A stretch of 64,000 nt of DNA, taken from the IMG/VR virus record IMGVR_UViG_3300048918_000107; one strand, written 5' to 3'. The stretch is from a virus. The translations under genes and the position numbers were made by a program. The notes beneath the pieces are model-generated. The model ran no database searches, was not told where the DNA came from, and worked only from the letters and a program-made list of their open reading frames with translations. Of the stretch, positions 8,621 through 16,713 are shown one piece after another. Position 1 is the first letter of the stretch, and every line of letters starts with the position of its first letter.

Positions 8621-8872
8621 ATGAGCAACACAGCCTCCCCCGAAGTCAAGTCCACCATCTGCGTGGCCTACTTCAACAAGGTCACAGGCAACGTGTGGGT
8701 CGAGAACTCCTCGGGTACCGAGAGTATCCAGCTCGCCCAGAACATCAACGGCACCCAGAAGGCCTACGCGGTCCTGGGCGTCGCCGGAATGATCCGCCGG
8801 GGCAGCTGGGGCATCGTCCCCGGCATGCCGCAGGTTCGGCAGGTCACCGCAGTCTTCCCGCAGGAGGATTGA
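8621..8872 (+). CDS. hypothetical protein (leaderless start)
   Basis: Track ORF. The ATG lies 7 nt after -10 CATACT. Confidence 0.65.
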   Translation: MSNTASPEVKSTICVAYFNKVTGNVWVENSSGTESIQLAQNINGTQKAYAVLGVAGMIRRGSWGIVPGMPQVRQVTAVFPQED

Positions 8873-8874
8873 TC

Positions 8875-8988
8875 ATGGACGTTGAGTACTGTGCGGAGTG
8901 TGGATTCAACGTCACCAATGGCCCACACAGCCTGTACTGCCACCTGAATCTCAACTCTTTGGTTTTAGGAGTTGCAGAACAACGGTGA
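8875..8988 (+). CDS. possible 37-aa Cys-rich peptide
   Basis: Strong CAGGAGGA RBS. The 3' end runs into the tRNA-like minihelix. Confidence 0.4.
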   Translation: MDVEYCAECGFNVTNGPHSLYCHLNLNSLVLGVAEQR

Positions 8989-9017
8989 GGATCACGGGTT
9001 CGATTCCCGCCTCACCG
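8983..9017 (+). ncRNA. acceptor/T-arm-like minihelix (or terminator hairpin)
   Basis: 8-bp stem CGGTGAGG/CCTCACCG encloses CGGG-TTCGATT-CCCG. Confidence 0.35.
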
Positions 9018-9100
9018 GGTGCATTCGACCAGGCACGGATAGGTCACCGCAAGATCGGTAAACGTGAGCGGAGGATGGGGTTCGAATCCTTGATGCACCA
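9018..9100 (+). pseudogene. tRNA-like element with enlarged anticodon loop (degenerate tRNA)
   Basis: Perfect acceptor GGTGCAT/ATGCACC. D stem GACC/GGTC. T loop TTCGAAT. A 4-bp stem CCGC/GCGG closes a 17-nt loop. Confidence 0.4.
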
Positions 9101-9101
9101 C

Positions 9102-9130
9102 TTGCTTTCCTTTCTAGGAACTGTCATGCT
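9102..9130 (+). promoter_or_regulatory. early-type promoter
   Basis: TTGCTT-17 nt-CATGCT with a TTCTAGGAACTG box. Confidence 0.6.
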
Positions 9131-9165
9131 TGAATGACCGACCCACCCACAGAAAGGCACCCACC

Positions 9166-9465
9166 ATGAGCGCAATCACCCGACGCAATCTACGCACCGT
9201 TCATCTCTCGGTGGCAGCTCGTGAAGAATTCAGCTGCAACTACAGTCTGACCGGCACCTCGGATCGGCTTGCCTACGTCGGGTATCTCCCCAAGGAGTAC
9301 CACGAGGCTTACACCAAGGCGCGTTCGGCACCGGACTTCTACATGGTGCGCAGCTACTCGACGCCCATCGCCTGGTACGCCAACGGTGAGTGGACCAAGC
9401 CGCCGGTCAAGTACAGCTCGACCACCAGCCGTCACCAGTCCTCACTTCGCCTCTACGACATCTGA
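9166..9465 (+). CDS. hypothetical protein
   Basis: ATG follows the ACCCACAGAAAGG leader. In frame with track ORF 9130. Confidence 0.6.
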   Translation: MSAITRRNLRTVHLSVAAREEFSCNYSLTGTSDRLAYVGYLPKEYHEAYTKARSAPDFYMVRSYSTPIAWYANGEWTKPPVKYSSTTSRHQSSLRLYDI

Positions 9466-9474
9466 GAAGGCAAC

Positions 9475-9753
9475 ATGACCACCACTTATCTGGCCGACAT
9501 CAGTCCGTACGGTGACCTGTATGCCTGCGGCTTCTGGCCCAACTTCCAGATCGCTGCGGTCTTCGTGTCTGCTATTGCGATATGCACGGGGGTCATGTGG
9601 GGTTTTTGGTGGCTCATTGAGGACGTCCTCTACTCGTCTTCATCGTTGCGCGTGCTGCCTCTCCTCGTGCTGATGGTCGCCATCATCGTTGCCGTCTGTG
9701 TCGGCAGTTTTTACGTTGCCGTATGGCTCACCGAGGGGAGCTGCAGTGTCTGA
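9475..9753 (+). CDS. membrane protein
   Basis: Track ORF with two or more hydrophobic helices. Confidence 0.6.
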   Translation: MTTTYLADISPYGDLYACGFWPNFQIAAVFVSAIAICTGVMWGFWWLIEDVLYSSSSLRVLPLLVLMVAIIVAVCVGSFYVAVWLTEGSCSV

Positions 9754-9964
9754 GTTCAACACCGAGCGTGTTCCGGCCATCGACATCAAGGTGGGCGACA
9801 CCGTCGTCCTCGTCGGTTCGATCACTGCCGTCGTGGAGTGGACTCGGGTCTGGTCTGATGGCGGCGTCTCTCTGGCTGGAAAGCGCTCCACCGGAGAACC
9901 GTTCACCAACTGTCTGTCCACGGGGGCCATGATGACCCGCGTCATCGATCAGAAGGACTCCTGA
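9746..9964 (+). CDS. hypothetical protein
   Basis: GTG start with a GGGGAG RBS. In frame with track ORF 9689. Confidence 0.55.
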   Translation: MSEFNTERVPAIDIKVGDTVVLVGSITAVVEWTRVWSDGGVSLAGKRSTGEPFTNCLSTGAMMTRVIDQKDS

Positions 9965-10131
9965 TGGCCTCCATCCCCTTTGACTGGGCCAAGTTCCAAT
10001 GCCCGACGTGCAACGCCCTGCCGCAGCAGCGGTGTCGGACCCTCACGACAGGTCGCACCACCGACGCGCACAAGGCGCGCCTGGATATCCCCGTTACTCG
10101 GCAGCTGCGCGCACTGTGGGGTGAGGTCTGA
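9964..10131 (+). CDS. small CxxC-P-C-H zinc-finger-like protein (paralog family)
   Basis: TGATG overlaps at both ends. Motif QCPTCNALPQQRCRT...H. Length 55 aa. Confidence 0.5.
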   Translation: MASIPFDWAKFQCPTCNALPQQRCRTLTTGRTTDAHKARLDIPVTRQLRALWGEV

Positions 10132-10385
10132 TGGCAAAGAAGCCGTTCGGTCACGTCAGTCACGGGCCGACTCAGAGTGGCCCAAAGCGGACCTACTGGG
10201 AGGTCACCAGCCGCACACATCCTGATCGCTGGTACTCGGTGAGCAGACGCATCTTCACTGGCCCCATGACGGGCACTATCTGGACTGTCACCAATCGCCT
10301 GGGACGCATGCTCTATACCGACGGCCCGACCGCTCAGGCCATCCTGGACGTCATCCATGCCCACGAGGAGGCGAATCAACCATGA
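10131..10385 (+). CDS. hypothetical protein
   Basis: Track ORF. Confidence 0.6.
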   Translation: MAKKPFGHVSHGPTQSGPKRTYWEVTSRTHPDRWYSVSRRIFTGPMTGTIWTVTNRLGRMLYTDGPTAQAILDVIHAHEEANQP

Positions 10386-10732
10386 CCGTGCGTCTGAATG
10401 CCATGAGCGCCATCATCAAGGAGTTCAGAGACCGCGACTGGCGTGTGGTGGTGAACAATCACCCTCGCAGGCCGGGCCCGACCTTGACGCTGCAGCGGAC
10501 CTTCTGGGAGGTGCGCGTGCAGTTCCGACTGTTTGGTGCGGTGAACAACTACCTGTGCCGGTACTACGGCAAAGACCCGGAAAGCGGCATCAACTGGGGC
10601 GTCGAGAGTGCGTCACTGTGGACACTGGACCCTGAGGACACGGTGGGCTGGGTCAAGCATCACGACTTTGTCGGTAAGAACAAGAAAGGCCAGCTGATCA
10701 CGTTTGCCAGAGAGATGTCAGGTCATCGCTGA
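10382..10732 (+). CDS. hypothetical protein
   Basis: Track ORF with ATGA overlap. Confidence 0.6.
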   Translation: MTVRLNAMSAIIKEFRDRDWRVVVNNHPRRPGPTLTLQRTFWEVRVQFRLFGAVNNYLCRYYGKDPESGINWGVESASLWTLDPEDTVGWVKHHDFVGKNKKGQLITFAREMSGHR

Positions 10733-10795
10733 TGCCCGGTCTGACTACCGAGATTCGCGACGTGCGTGGGCGCATCGTGGTGCGGGCAACGCGGG

Positions 10796-10824
10796 TTGCT
10801 AAATCTTCCAGGAGCTGTCATACT
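10796..10824 (+). promoter_or_regulatory. early-type promoter
   Basis: TTGCTA-17 nt-CATACT with a TTCCAGGAGCTG box. Leaderless ATG 10831. Confidence 0.65.
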
Positions 10825-10830
10825 TGAGTC

Positions 10831-11088
10831 ATGACCAACGCACTCGCTCAGAACCAGATCACCGACCTGATCCGTGCTGGTGGTGTTCCCGCCGGTATCG
10901 GCCCCGTTGCCCGTGAGATCGCCGATCGCTTCTCCACCTCCGGTCGCGTTGCCATCAAGGCCGCTACCGCTCTTGACCGTAACGGTCTGATCATCACCGC
11001 CCATCAGGCGCGTCAGGCCCGCCATGGCGGCACCACCTACGACGCGGTACTCGTCGCCGTCAACGAGGCTGAAGACGGGGAGGAGTAA
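10831..11088 (+). CDS. hypothetical protein (leaderless start)
   Basis: Track ORF. The ATG lies 7 nt after -10 CATACT. Confidence 0.65.
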   Translation: MTNALAQNQITDLIRAGGVPAGIGPVAREIADRFSTSGRVAIKAATALDRNGLIITAHQARQARHGGTTYDAVLVAVNEAEDGEE

Positions 11089-11100
11089 GCCCGAAAGGGC

Positions 11101-11129
11101 TTGCTTTCTCTTCTAGGACCTGTCATACT
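11101..11129 (+). promoter_or_regulatory. early-type promoter
   Basis: TTGCTT-17 nt-CATACT with a TTCTAGGACCTG box. Confidence 0.65.
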
Positions 11130-11161
11130 TGATTCACACCCACGAGAGAAGAGAGCATCTC

Positions 11162-11359
11162 ATGTTCAAGTTCGGCGAGATCGTCACCCGCACCGTCCGC
11201 GACAACGAAGACCCCGAGACCGGCGACGCGCCGATCCTGGGCACCGAAGAGGTCCAGATTCTTGGCATCACCAAGGTGGCTGGTGAGGTCATCGTGCGCC
11301 CGCTGAACAGCGAGGATCGCATCGTCGTGCACATCAGCGATCTTGACAAGGTGGCTTGA
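11162..11359 (+). CDS. hypothetical protein
   Basis: ATG follows the CACACCCACGAGAGAAGAGAG leader. In frame with track ORF 11129. Confidence 0.6.
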   Translation: MFKFGEIVTRTVRDNEDPETGDAPILGTEEVQILGITKVAGEVIVRPLNSEDRIVVHISDLDKVA

Positions 11360-11361
11360 TC

Positions 11362-11619
11362 ATGACCGAATTCTCCGTGCTGAGCGGTCAGGTCTCGCGT
11401 CGCAACCTGCTGCTCAATGAGGGCATCGGTCTCGGCGAGATCGATGAATACAACACACTCACCACCAATCTCGCCGAGAGTGTCGGGTCGCTGCTGCGCG
11501 CACTGAACGACGTCATCAAGCTGCGCGACGAGCTGCTGACCACTCCGGAAGGCCCTGCCGCCCCGGTGGCGCGGGCGTTCGGACAGGAGATCGACCGAGC
11601 ACTGAAGGGAAAACGATGA
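11362..11619 (+). CDS. hypothetical protein
   Basis: ATG lies 3 nt after the upstream stop. In frame with track ORF 11356. Confidence 0.6.
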   Translation: MTEFSVLSGQVSRRNLLLNEGIGLGEIDEYNTLTTNLAESVGSLLRALNDVIKLRDELLTTPEGPAAPVARAFGQEIDRALKGKR

Positions 11620-11993
11620 CTGAAATTCGCAAGGGCCTCACCTGGTCACGCAAGTGGCACATCGTGGACGAGACGCGTTCGGCACGTCACGCCGGATACG
11701 ATGTCGCGCTCTGCAGCGCGCATCTGTACAGCGAGGACAAGGAGCGCCACCGAGGTCGCAGCACGATGCCTGTGCACCTCGTGCAGATCATCAACGGTGA
11801 GGTGCCGAGCGCAGGCGAGTGCAAGCTGTGCAACAAGAAGGCCGGGCGCAAGACGGTCGAGCAGTTGCTAGAAGACGACGAGATGGCCGTCCAGCTTGCC
11901 AAGTTGATATATAACCGATCCGGTTTGGTCGAAGGCGACGCTGACGACCTCGCGTGGGACATCATGAACGCGATCAGAGAGGCGGCAGGCTGA
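11616..11993 (+). CDS. hypothetical protein
   Basis: Track ORF with ATGA overlap. Confidence 0.6.
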   Translation: MTEIRKGLTWSRKWHIVDETRSARHAGYDVALCSAHLYSEDKERHRGRSTMPVHLVQIINGEVPSAGECKLCNKKAGRKTVEQLLEDDEMAVQLAKLIYNRSGLVEGDADDLAWDIMNAIREAAG

Positions 11994-12006
11994 TGGAGGA
12001 GGCGAA

Positions 12007-12264
12007 GTGATGACTACGCTGGCTGAGCGTGACGTCTCCCAGGACCTGCCGTGTGCCTATTGCGGCAAGCCCCTGTGGCGCATCCATCCGGACCTGAGGT
12101 TCGTCCTTCAGTGGGGCCACGTCTCACGTGAAGACACCAGGAACTGTACGCGTAGTAAGTCTTGGTGGCCCGTCCCGAGCGCTGAGTCTGTCATGGACCG
12201 ATATCGGCGCAAGCATTACGAGCAGCTGGAGCCCTGGGCCGGTAAGGCGGCGTCCAGTGAGTAG
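12007..12264 (+). CDS. hypothetical protein with CxxC motif
   Basis: Track ORF. Start is either GTG or the adjacent ATG. Confidence 0.6.
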   Translation: MMTTLAERDVSQDLPCAYCGKPLWRIHPDLRFVLQWGHVSREDTRNCTRSKSWWPVPSAESVMDRYRRKHYEQLEPWAGKAASSE

Positions 12265-12427
12265 CAATGTCACCCCGCTGCGTGACGCTGAGTGGACGCT
12301 CAAGTGCGCTGAGATCGAGAAGCAGCAGGCCAAGAACAAGGTGATCGTGGCCGAGGCCGAGTTCGTTCGCGCCGACCGGCGTTACCGTGCAGCACTCAAG
12401 CGCGTCAGTGAGCTGAAGAAGGGTTGA
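12257..12427 (+). CDS. hypothetical coiled-coil protein
   Basis: GTG start is inferred. In frame with the tail of track ORF 12128. The stop TGA sits in the next -35. Confidence 0.4.
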   Translation: MSSNVTPLRDAEWTLKCAEIEKQQAKNKVIVAEAEFVRADRRYRAALKRVSELKKG

Positions 12428-12452
12428 CTTTCCTTCTAGGAACTGTCATCAT
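12424..12452 (+). promoter_or_regulatory. early-type promoter
   Basis: TTGACT-17 nt-CATCAT with a TTCTAGGAACTG box. Leaderless ATG 12459. Confidence 0.65.
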
Positions 12453-12458
12453 TGACGC

Positions 12459-12704
12459 ATGGGAAACGCACAGAACCTGAAGTTCACCACCGTCATCAAC
12501 GGCATCAAGAAGACCGCCACCACCCACTTCGGCTTGATCTACACCGTCGAGAAGATCGAGGCCTTTGGTGGCTGGTCCACCACGGTCGAGACCCCTGGCT
12601 CTCGTGGTGGCTTGATCCCGGCCAAGTTCGATCATCTCGCCGACGGCGTCACGTACACCCAGGCCATCAAGGTGGCCAACGATCATCATGCGAAGGGTCT
12701 CTGA
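12459..12704 (+). CDS. hypothetical protein (leaderless start)
   Basis: Track ORF. The ATG lies 7 nt after -10 CATCAT. Confidence 0.65.
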   Translation: MGNAQNLKFTTVINGIKKTATTHFGLIYTVEKIEAFGGWSTTVETPGSRGGLIPAKFDHLADGVTYTQAIKVANDHHAKGL

Positions 12705-13048
12705 TGAACACCTCCACCAACCGCCGCAAGAAGTTGCGCGCCGTCGCCGAGGCGAATCTGTGGGAGTGCCGCTACATGGGCGTCTGTGATGAGTTCACTC
12801 GGTACCCGGAAGACAAGATGGATGGTCCGATCACCCGCCTCGCCAAGGCGAACCGCTGGCGTCTTATTGAGCGCATCATCATCAACTACGACGTCACTGA
12901 TCGGATCACCGAGGTTCGGATTTATGATCCGTCATGCCAGGATGTGGCTGATGGTCGGATGGTGGACTCATTCCCGATAATCGGCAGGGACAAGCGCGAG
13001 CGCGTCATTGCCCGGCTGGAGAACCCGCTGTGGAAGTGGGGTCACTGA
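12704..13048 (+). CDS. hypothetical protein
   Basis: TGATG overlap. In frame with track ORF 12452. Confidence 0.6.
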   Translation: MNTSTNRRKKLRAVAEANLWECRYMGVCDEFTRYPEDKMDGPITRLAKANRWRLIERIIINYDVTDRITEVRIYDPSCQDVADGRMVDSFPIIGRDKRERVIARLENPLWKWGH

Positions 13049-13049
13049 C

Positions 13050-13268
13050 ATGCAGGTCACGATCACTGCCGAGTGGCAGCCGGACTTCAGTGGGGCAGAC
13101 CTGGACATCGCCGGTCTCACCGCTTGGGTGCACGACAAGGGTGACTTTGTCACCTGGAACGTGAATCACACCGACACGAACATCTATATCGATTCCGGTG
13201 CTGCTGGCACGATCGATGACGCCAAGGACATGGCTGAGGCCGCGATCAAGAAGCACCTGGAGTCATGA
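13050..13268 (+). CDS. hypothetical protein
   Basis: ATG lies 2 nt after the upstream stop. In frame with track ORF 13008. Confidence 0.55.
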   Translation: MQVTITAEWQPDFSGADLDIAGLTAWVHDKGDFVTWNVNHTDTNIYIDSGAAGTIDDAKDMAEAAIKKHLES

Positions 13269-13516
13269 TGGCGATTGACGACGGACCGGACTTTGATCCG
13301 GATGACATTTCCTTCCGTGCGCTGGACGAGGAGCAAGCTTGGCGCGACCACTACGACGAGGTCGAGTCGATGCGGGAGATTCAGGACGAGATCGATGCTC
13401 TGGATGACGCGCATGCTGAGACGTTGGAACGCTACGACGAATATTACGACCAGCTGGACTGGGAGGCGGAGCGCGACCGCGAAGAGTCTGACTATCTTGC
13501 CGAGTTCTACGACTAG
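13265..13516 (+). CDS. extremely acidic 83-aa protein
   Basis: Track ORF. Roughly 40% of residues are Asp or Glu. Confidence 0.65.
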   Translation: MMAIDDGPDFDPDDISFRALDEEQAWRDHYDEVESMREIQDEIDALDDAHAETLERYDEYYDQLDWEAERDREESDYLAEFYD

Positions 13517-13542
13517 ACAAATCTTCTAGGACCTGCCATACT
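13514..13542 (+). promoter_or_regulatory. early-type promoter
   Basis: TAGACA-17 nt-CATACT with a TTCTAGGACCTG box. Confidence 0.55.
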
Positions 13543-13581
13543 TGATAGCAGCAAGCCACCCACGAAACGAAAGAGGTCACC

Positions 13582-13980
13582 ATGACCGCCATGCTTCCCA
13601 CTCGCCCGAAGTACGCCCGCGAGTTCCTCACCTTCGATCAGGACTTCCTGGACCGTGAGGTCGAGTCCGGTTGGGCCAAGGTCTTCCCGACGGCCAAGGG
13701 CAACATTTACGTTCTGAAACTCCCCGAGGGCGGTTCGATCAAGGTCACCCCGAACATGATCACCAAGGTCGAGAGCTACAGCCCTTGGGCCGATGATGAC
13801 AACGCCGCTGAGGCGTCGCTGACCGATCAGGACCGCTACGAGGCCGAAGCCGACGCGCTGGGCATCTCGGTCGAAGAGCACACCGACGGTGAGTACCGCG
13901 ACTCGCGTCCGTCGCGCGCACTTCAGCTGCAGGCACGTGCGGATCGCCTGGACGCCCTCGGCGCACGCTGGGGGCTGTGA
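13582..13980 (+). CDS. hypothetical protein
   Basis: Track ORF preceded by the CCACCCACGAAACGAAAGAGG leader. Confidence 0.65.
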   Translation: MTAMLPTRPKYAREFLTFDQDFLDREVESGWAKVFPTAKGNIYVLKLPEGGSIKVTPNMITKVESYSPWADDDNAAEASLTDQDRYEAEADALGISVEEHTDGEYRDSRPSRALQLQARADRLDALGARWGL

Positions 13981-14399
13981 TGACCTCCGACGACACTCTG
14001 AAGGACTATGACGCCGTCTACTGGCGCTTCAAGAGCGCCAAGGGTCCGGAAGCGTCCGCCGAGGTGCCCGAGCTGCTCTTTCTGGGCCACAAGGCTATCG
14101 AGCAGATGCGTGGCGACACGACGTTGCCCTCGCGCACCCTTACGCTGTTCCGTCAGCGCACGGTGACGATCGGGGTCGCCGTAGATCAGTCCGACGAACG
14201 GCGCGAGTCCTTCTTGCTCAACTCGGCACACGAGGACAACGACCACAATCCGTTCGAATCGTGGGTCATCGTGTCCTGCGACATCGTCTTCAAGGGTCAG
14301 CCGGTCACCAAGGGGTCGAGCACCTCACAGAAGGTCATCGGAGTGGTCACCGAGCGCCGCACGGTGACGCTGGAAGACGACAAGGAGCCTCCTCGGTGA
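13977..14399 (+). CDS. hypothetical protein
   Basis: Track ORF with GTGA-type overlap. Confidence 0.6.
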   Translation: MMTSDDTLKDYDAVYWRFKSAKGPEASAEVPELLFLGHKAIEQMRGDTTLPSRTLTLFRQRTVTIGVAVDQSDERRESFLLNSAHEDNDHNPFESWVIVSCDIVFKGQPVTKGSSTSQKVIGVVTERRTVTLEDDKEPPR

Positions 14400-14524
14400 A
14401 CTACAACTACGTCGCCATCTTCCTGATTATCCTGCTGATCCTCAGCATTCCGGCGTCTCTGGCGCTGAGCGTTCGGGTCATGGCCAATAAGACCATCAAG
14501 GACGTCACGGGAGGGCAAGAATGA
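14396..14524 (+). CDS. possible 42-aa membrane peptide
   Basis: GTGA overlap. Hydrophobic stretch VAIFLIILLILSIPASLALSV. Confidence 0.4.
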   Translation: MNYNYVAIFLIILLILSIPASLALSVRVMANKTIKDVTGGQE

Positions 14525-14739
14525 GCACGATCAAGCACGCACGAGGCGACGTCACCCTGGAACGCAGCGGTGAGGGACCCAGCACTCAGTGGCTATTGCA
14601 CGTCGTCGGACAGACTGCTGAGCCGGTGCAGGAGCTGGTCATCAACGACAAGCAGACCTTGCATGACCTGAAGAGTCTCATCGGTCAGGTGGAGGCAGCG
14701 GCCAAGGTCCTCGGATATGACAATGGGGAACTCAGGTGA
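14521..14739 (+). CDS. hypothetical protein
   Basis: Track ORF with ATGA overlap. Confidence 0.55.
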   Translation: MSTIKHARGDVTLERSGEGPSTQWLLHVVGQTAEPVQELVINDKQTLHDLKSLIGQVEAAAKVLGYDNGELR

Positions 14740-14930
14740 GCACCAGCAAGGGCGTCGACTTGAGTCACGACTTCACCAAGGAGGAGTTGGAAGCCATGCT
14801 GGCCGACAACTACGACAACGTGTCACCTCGCATGCTCTTCAAGGTGGTGGCCAGCCACCTGAGGGCCCTCATCCCACCCACAAAAGGAGAAACATCATGT
14901 TCTACCGCAACGCCATCGTCGCCGTCCTGA
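14736..14930 (+). CDS. hypothetical protein
   Basis: Track ORF with GTGA overlap. Confidence 0.5.
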   Translation: MSTSKGVDLSHDFTKEELEAMLADNYDNVSPRMLFKVVASHLRALIPPTKGETSCSTATPSSPS

Positions 14931-15133
14931 TCGGCGTCTCCCTGTCGGCCTGCAGCGCCGACCCACAGCCCGCACCGGTTGCCACGCCCGCCGCTACCAC
15001 GACGAGCGCTCCTGATGGCAGTCAGGACTTCATGCGGCAGTACCTGGAGAACCTGGCCAAGCTGGCCGCTCCGACGCAGCAGCTGCGCCCGCAACCCACC
15101 ACGCTGGAGGAGTACCTGAAGCCTCCCGCGTAG
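14897..15133 (+). CDS. putative lipoprotein
   Basis: AAGGAGA RBS. Signal peptide with lipobox-like LSAC. Confidence 0.55.
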   Translation: MFYRNAIVAVLIGVSLSACSADPQPAPVATPAATTTSAPDGSQDFMRQYLENLAKLAAPTQQLRPQPTTLEEYLKPPA

Positions 15134-15161
15134 TCAGCTCCCAACGAGAAGAAAGGACATC

Positions 15162-15590
15162 ATGGCCGAGATTGAATCAACCCTCACGCACAATGGCGTG
15201 ACCTACGCCGCCGCCATCGTCACCATCGAACGAACCGAACTGGGACGCGAGGATCATGGCATCTTTCACACCATGCTCTACGTCGATGGCGGAGGATGGG
15301 GTACCGGGATCGGTGGCTACGTTTTGGACGACAAGCCCGAGAGCTTAGATGGCAAATCTCCGCGTCGAGGCACTGCGTTCGGCATGCAGTGGATCATCGA
15401 GACCGTGGAGACGGTGGTGGGTGAGTACGGCAGGTGGGAGAACCTCGTCGGCAAGCGCATCTTCATATTGCACGAGGTGGGGACGAGCAAGTTCAGTGCT
15501 GCTGGAGTTAACTGCAAAGGCATCGCCAGTCTGGATGGCAAGCGTGTGATGATCTTTTCAGAGGTCGCAAGTCACGTTGAAACCATGTAG
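15162..15590 (+). CDS. hypothetical protein
   Basis: Track ORF with a GAAAGGA RBS. Confidence 0.65.
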   Translation: MAEIESTLTHNGVTYAAAIVTIERTELGREDHGIFHTMLYVDGGGWGTGIGGYVLDDKPESLDGKSPRRGTAFGMQWIIETVETVVGEYGRWENLVGKRIFILHEVGTSKFSAAGVNCKGIASLDGKRVMIFSEVASHVETM

Positions 15591-15641
15591 AAGTGCTATA
15601 GTGAAAAATTCCACCCACCTTGACAAGGGAGAACCATCATC

Positions 15642-16649
15642 ATGACCGCAGTGTCGATAGCAGATATGATCTTTACCGACCCCAACGACAACGAGATCAT
15701 CGTTGAATACATTTTCGTTACTCCCAAGACCGCTGCGGAGTGGCTTGAGCGCAACGTCGAGAACAACCGCGCCCTCAAGGAGCGGAGCATCCGTGATCGG
15801 GTCGCGGACCTCACCGACGGGGCTTTCGTTTTCAACGGGGCCACGGTCAAGTTCGATGATGGTGACAACTTGATCGACGGACAGCACCGGCTGGCTTCGA
15901 TCGTCAAGTCTGGTGTTTCTGCTCATCTGCTCGTCGTGCGTGGTTTGGGCCAAGAGGCGCTGCCCACGATTGACACGGGAGAGGTGACGCGCACCGTCTC
16001 TGACATTCTTCATGTTCAGGGACGAGATGTGCACAACGAGACGACTGTGCGCAGCATGAAAATGGTGCTCATGCAGGGGGATCGCGAGGAGTACAAGCTG
16101 ATCACCAATCGTGCCAAGGTCGCCGAGCTTATTTGGAACGATCGTGAAATCTTGGAGTCGTACGCCGAATGGGCTAAGAGGCTGACGTCGCTGACGGACC
16201 TGTACCTTTCTGATCAGGGAGGACGAACCAAGAGCAAGAAGGCTGTTTCTCCGGGTCCGTTGGCAGCTTTGGGATACATCATGGTGAGCAACGGCGCCGA
16301 CAACGATCTTGTAGACCAGTTCTTTGAGGCCGTCATGACCGGCTCTTACTCGGAAGAATCCGGACTTGAGAACGTCGTCAGGAAGCTCCGCACCTACCTG
16401 CGTGATTCGGGACCACTGGTTCGTGATGGTGGCACCCAGCTACCCATGCTGTTCCGCAACTTCGACACCGTCATCCGGACCTACAACCGGTGGCTTTCTG
16501 GTGAGCAAATTTCCACGATTCGACGGGGCGGCAATGGTGGCGGCGGCGGTGGCATCAAGTGGATCGATGAGATCGAATTGCCTCTGGCTCTAGCTGAAGA
16601 GCGACCCGAGGAGACTCCAACTTCGACTGAACTCGTCAGCACCCTGTAG
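15642..16649 (+). CDS. ParB/Srx-like N-terminal domain protein
   Basis: LIDGQHRL (DGQHR) motif typical of ParB-like nuclease/CTPase domains. Ends with a double TAG TAG. Confidence 0.75.
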   Translation: MTAVSIADMIFTDPNDNEIIVEYIFVTPKTAAEWLERNVENNRALKERSIRDRVADLTDGAFVFNGATVKFDDGDNLIDGQHRLASIVKSGVSAHLLVVRGLGQEALPTIDTGEVTRTVSDILHVQGRDVHNETTVRSMKMVLMQGDREEYKLITNRAKVAELIWNDREILESYAEWAKRLTSLTDLYLSDQGGRTKSKKAVSPGPLAALGYIMVSNGADNDLVDQFFEAVMTGSYSEESGLENVVRKLRTYLRDSGPLVRDGGTQLPMLFRNFDTVIRTYNRWLSGEQISTIRRGGNGGGGGGIKWIDEIELPLALAEERPEETPTSTELVSTL

Positions 16650-16713
16650 TAGAATCTGAGCCGAATCACTACACCATCGCTTTGCATCGTCTACAGATTG
16701 TGAAATCACCGCC

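Noticed and set aside
8983-9017. The T-arm/acceptor fragment as a phage attP core derived from a host tRNA gene.
   Set aside because: No integrase or excisionase is recognisable in the window. The 5' strand of the helix is local, making a hairpin, which an att core would not need. It cannot be excluded without a search against host tRNA genes, so it is kept as a finding with this caveat.
15617-15622. TTGACA 19 nt upstream of the ParB-like start codon as its -35.
   Set aside because: The spacing leaves no room for a -10 and a transcript start before the ATG. It more likely belongs to the leader (CCACCCACCTTGACAAGGGAGAA) that provides the RBS.
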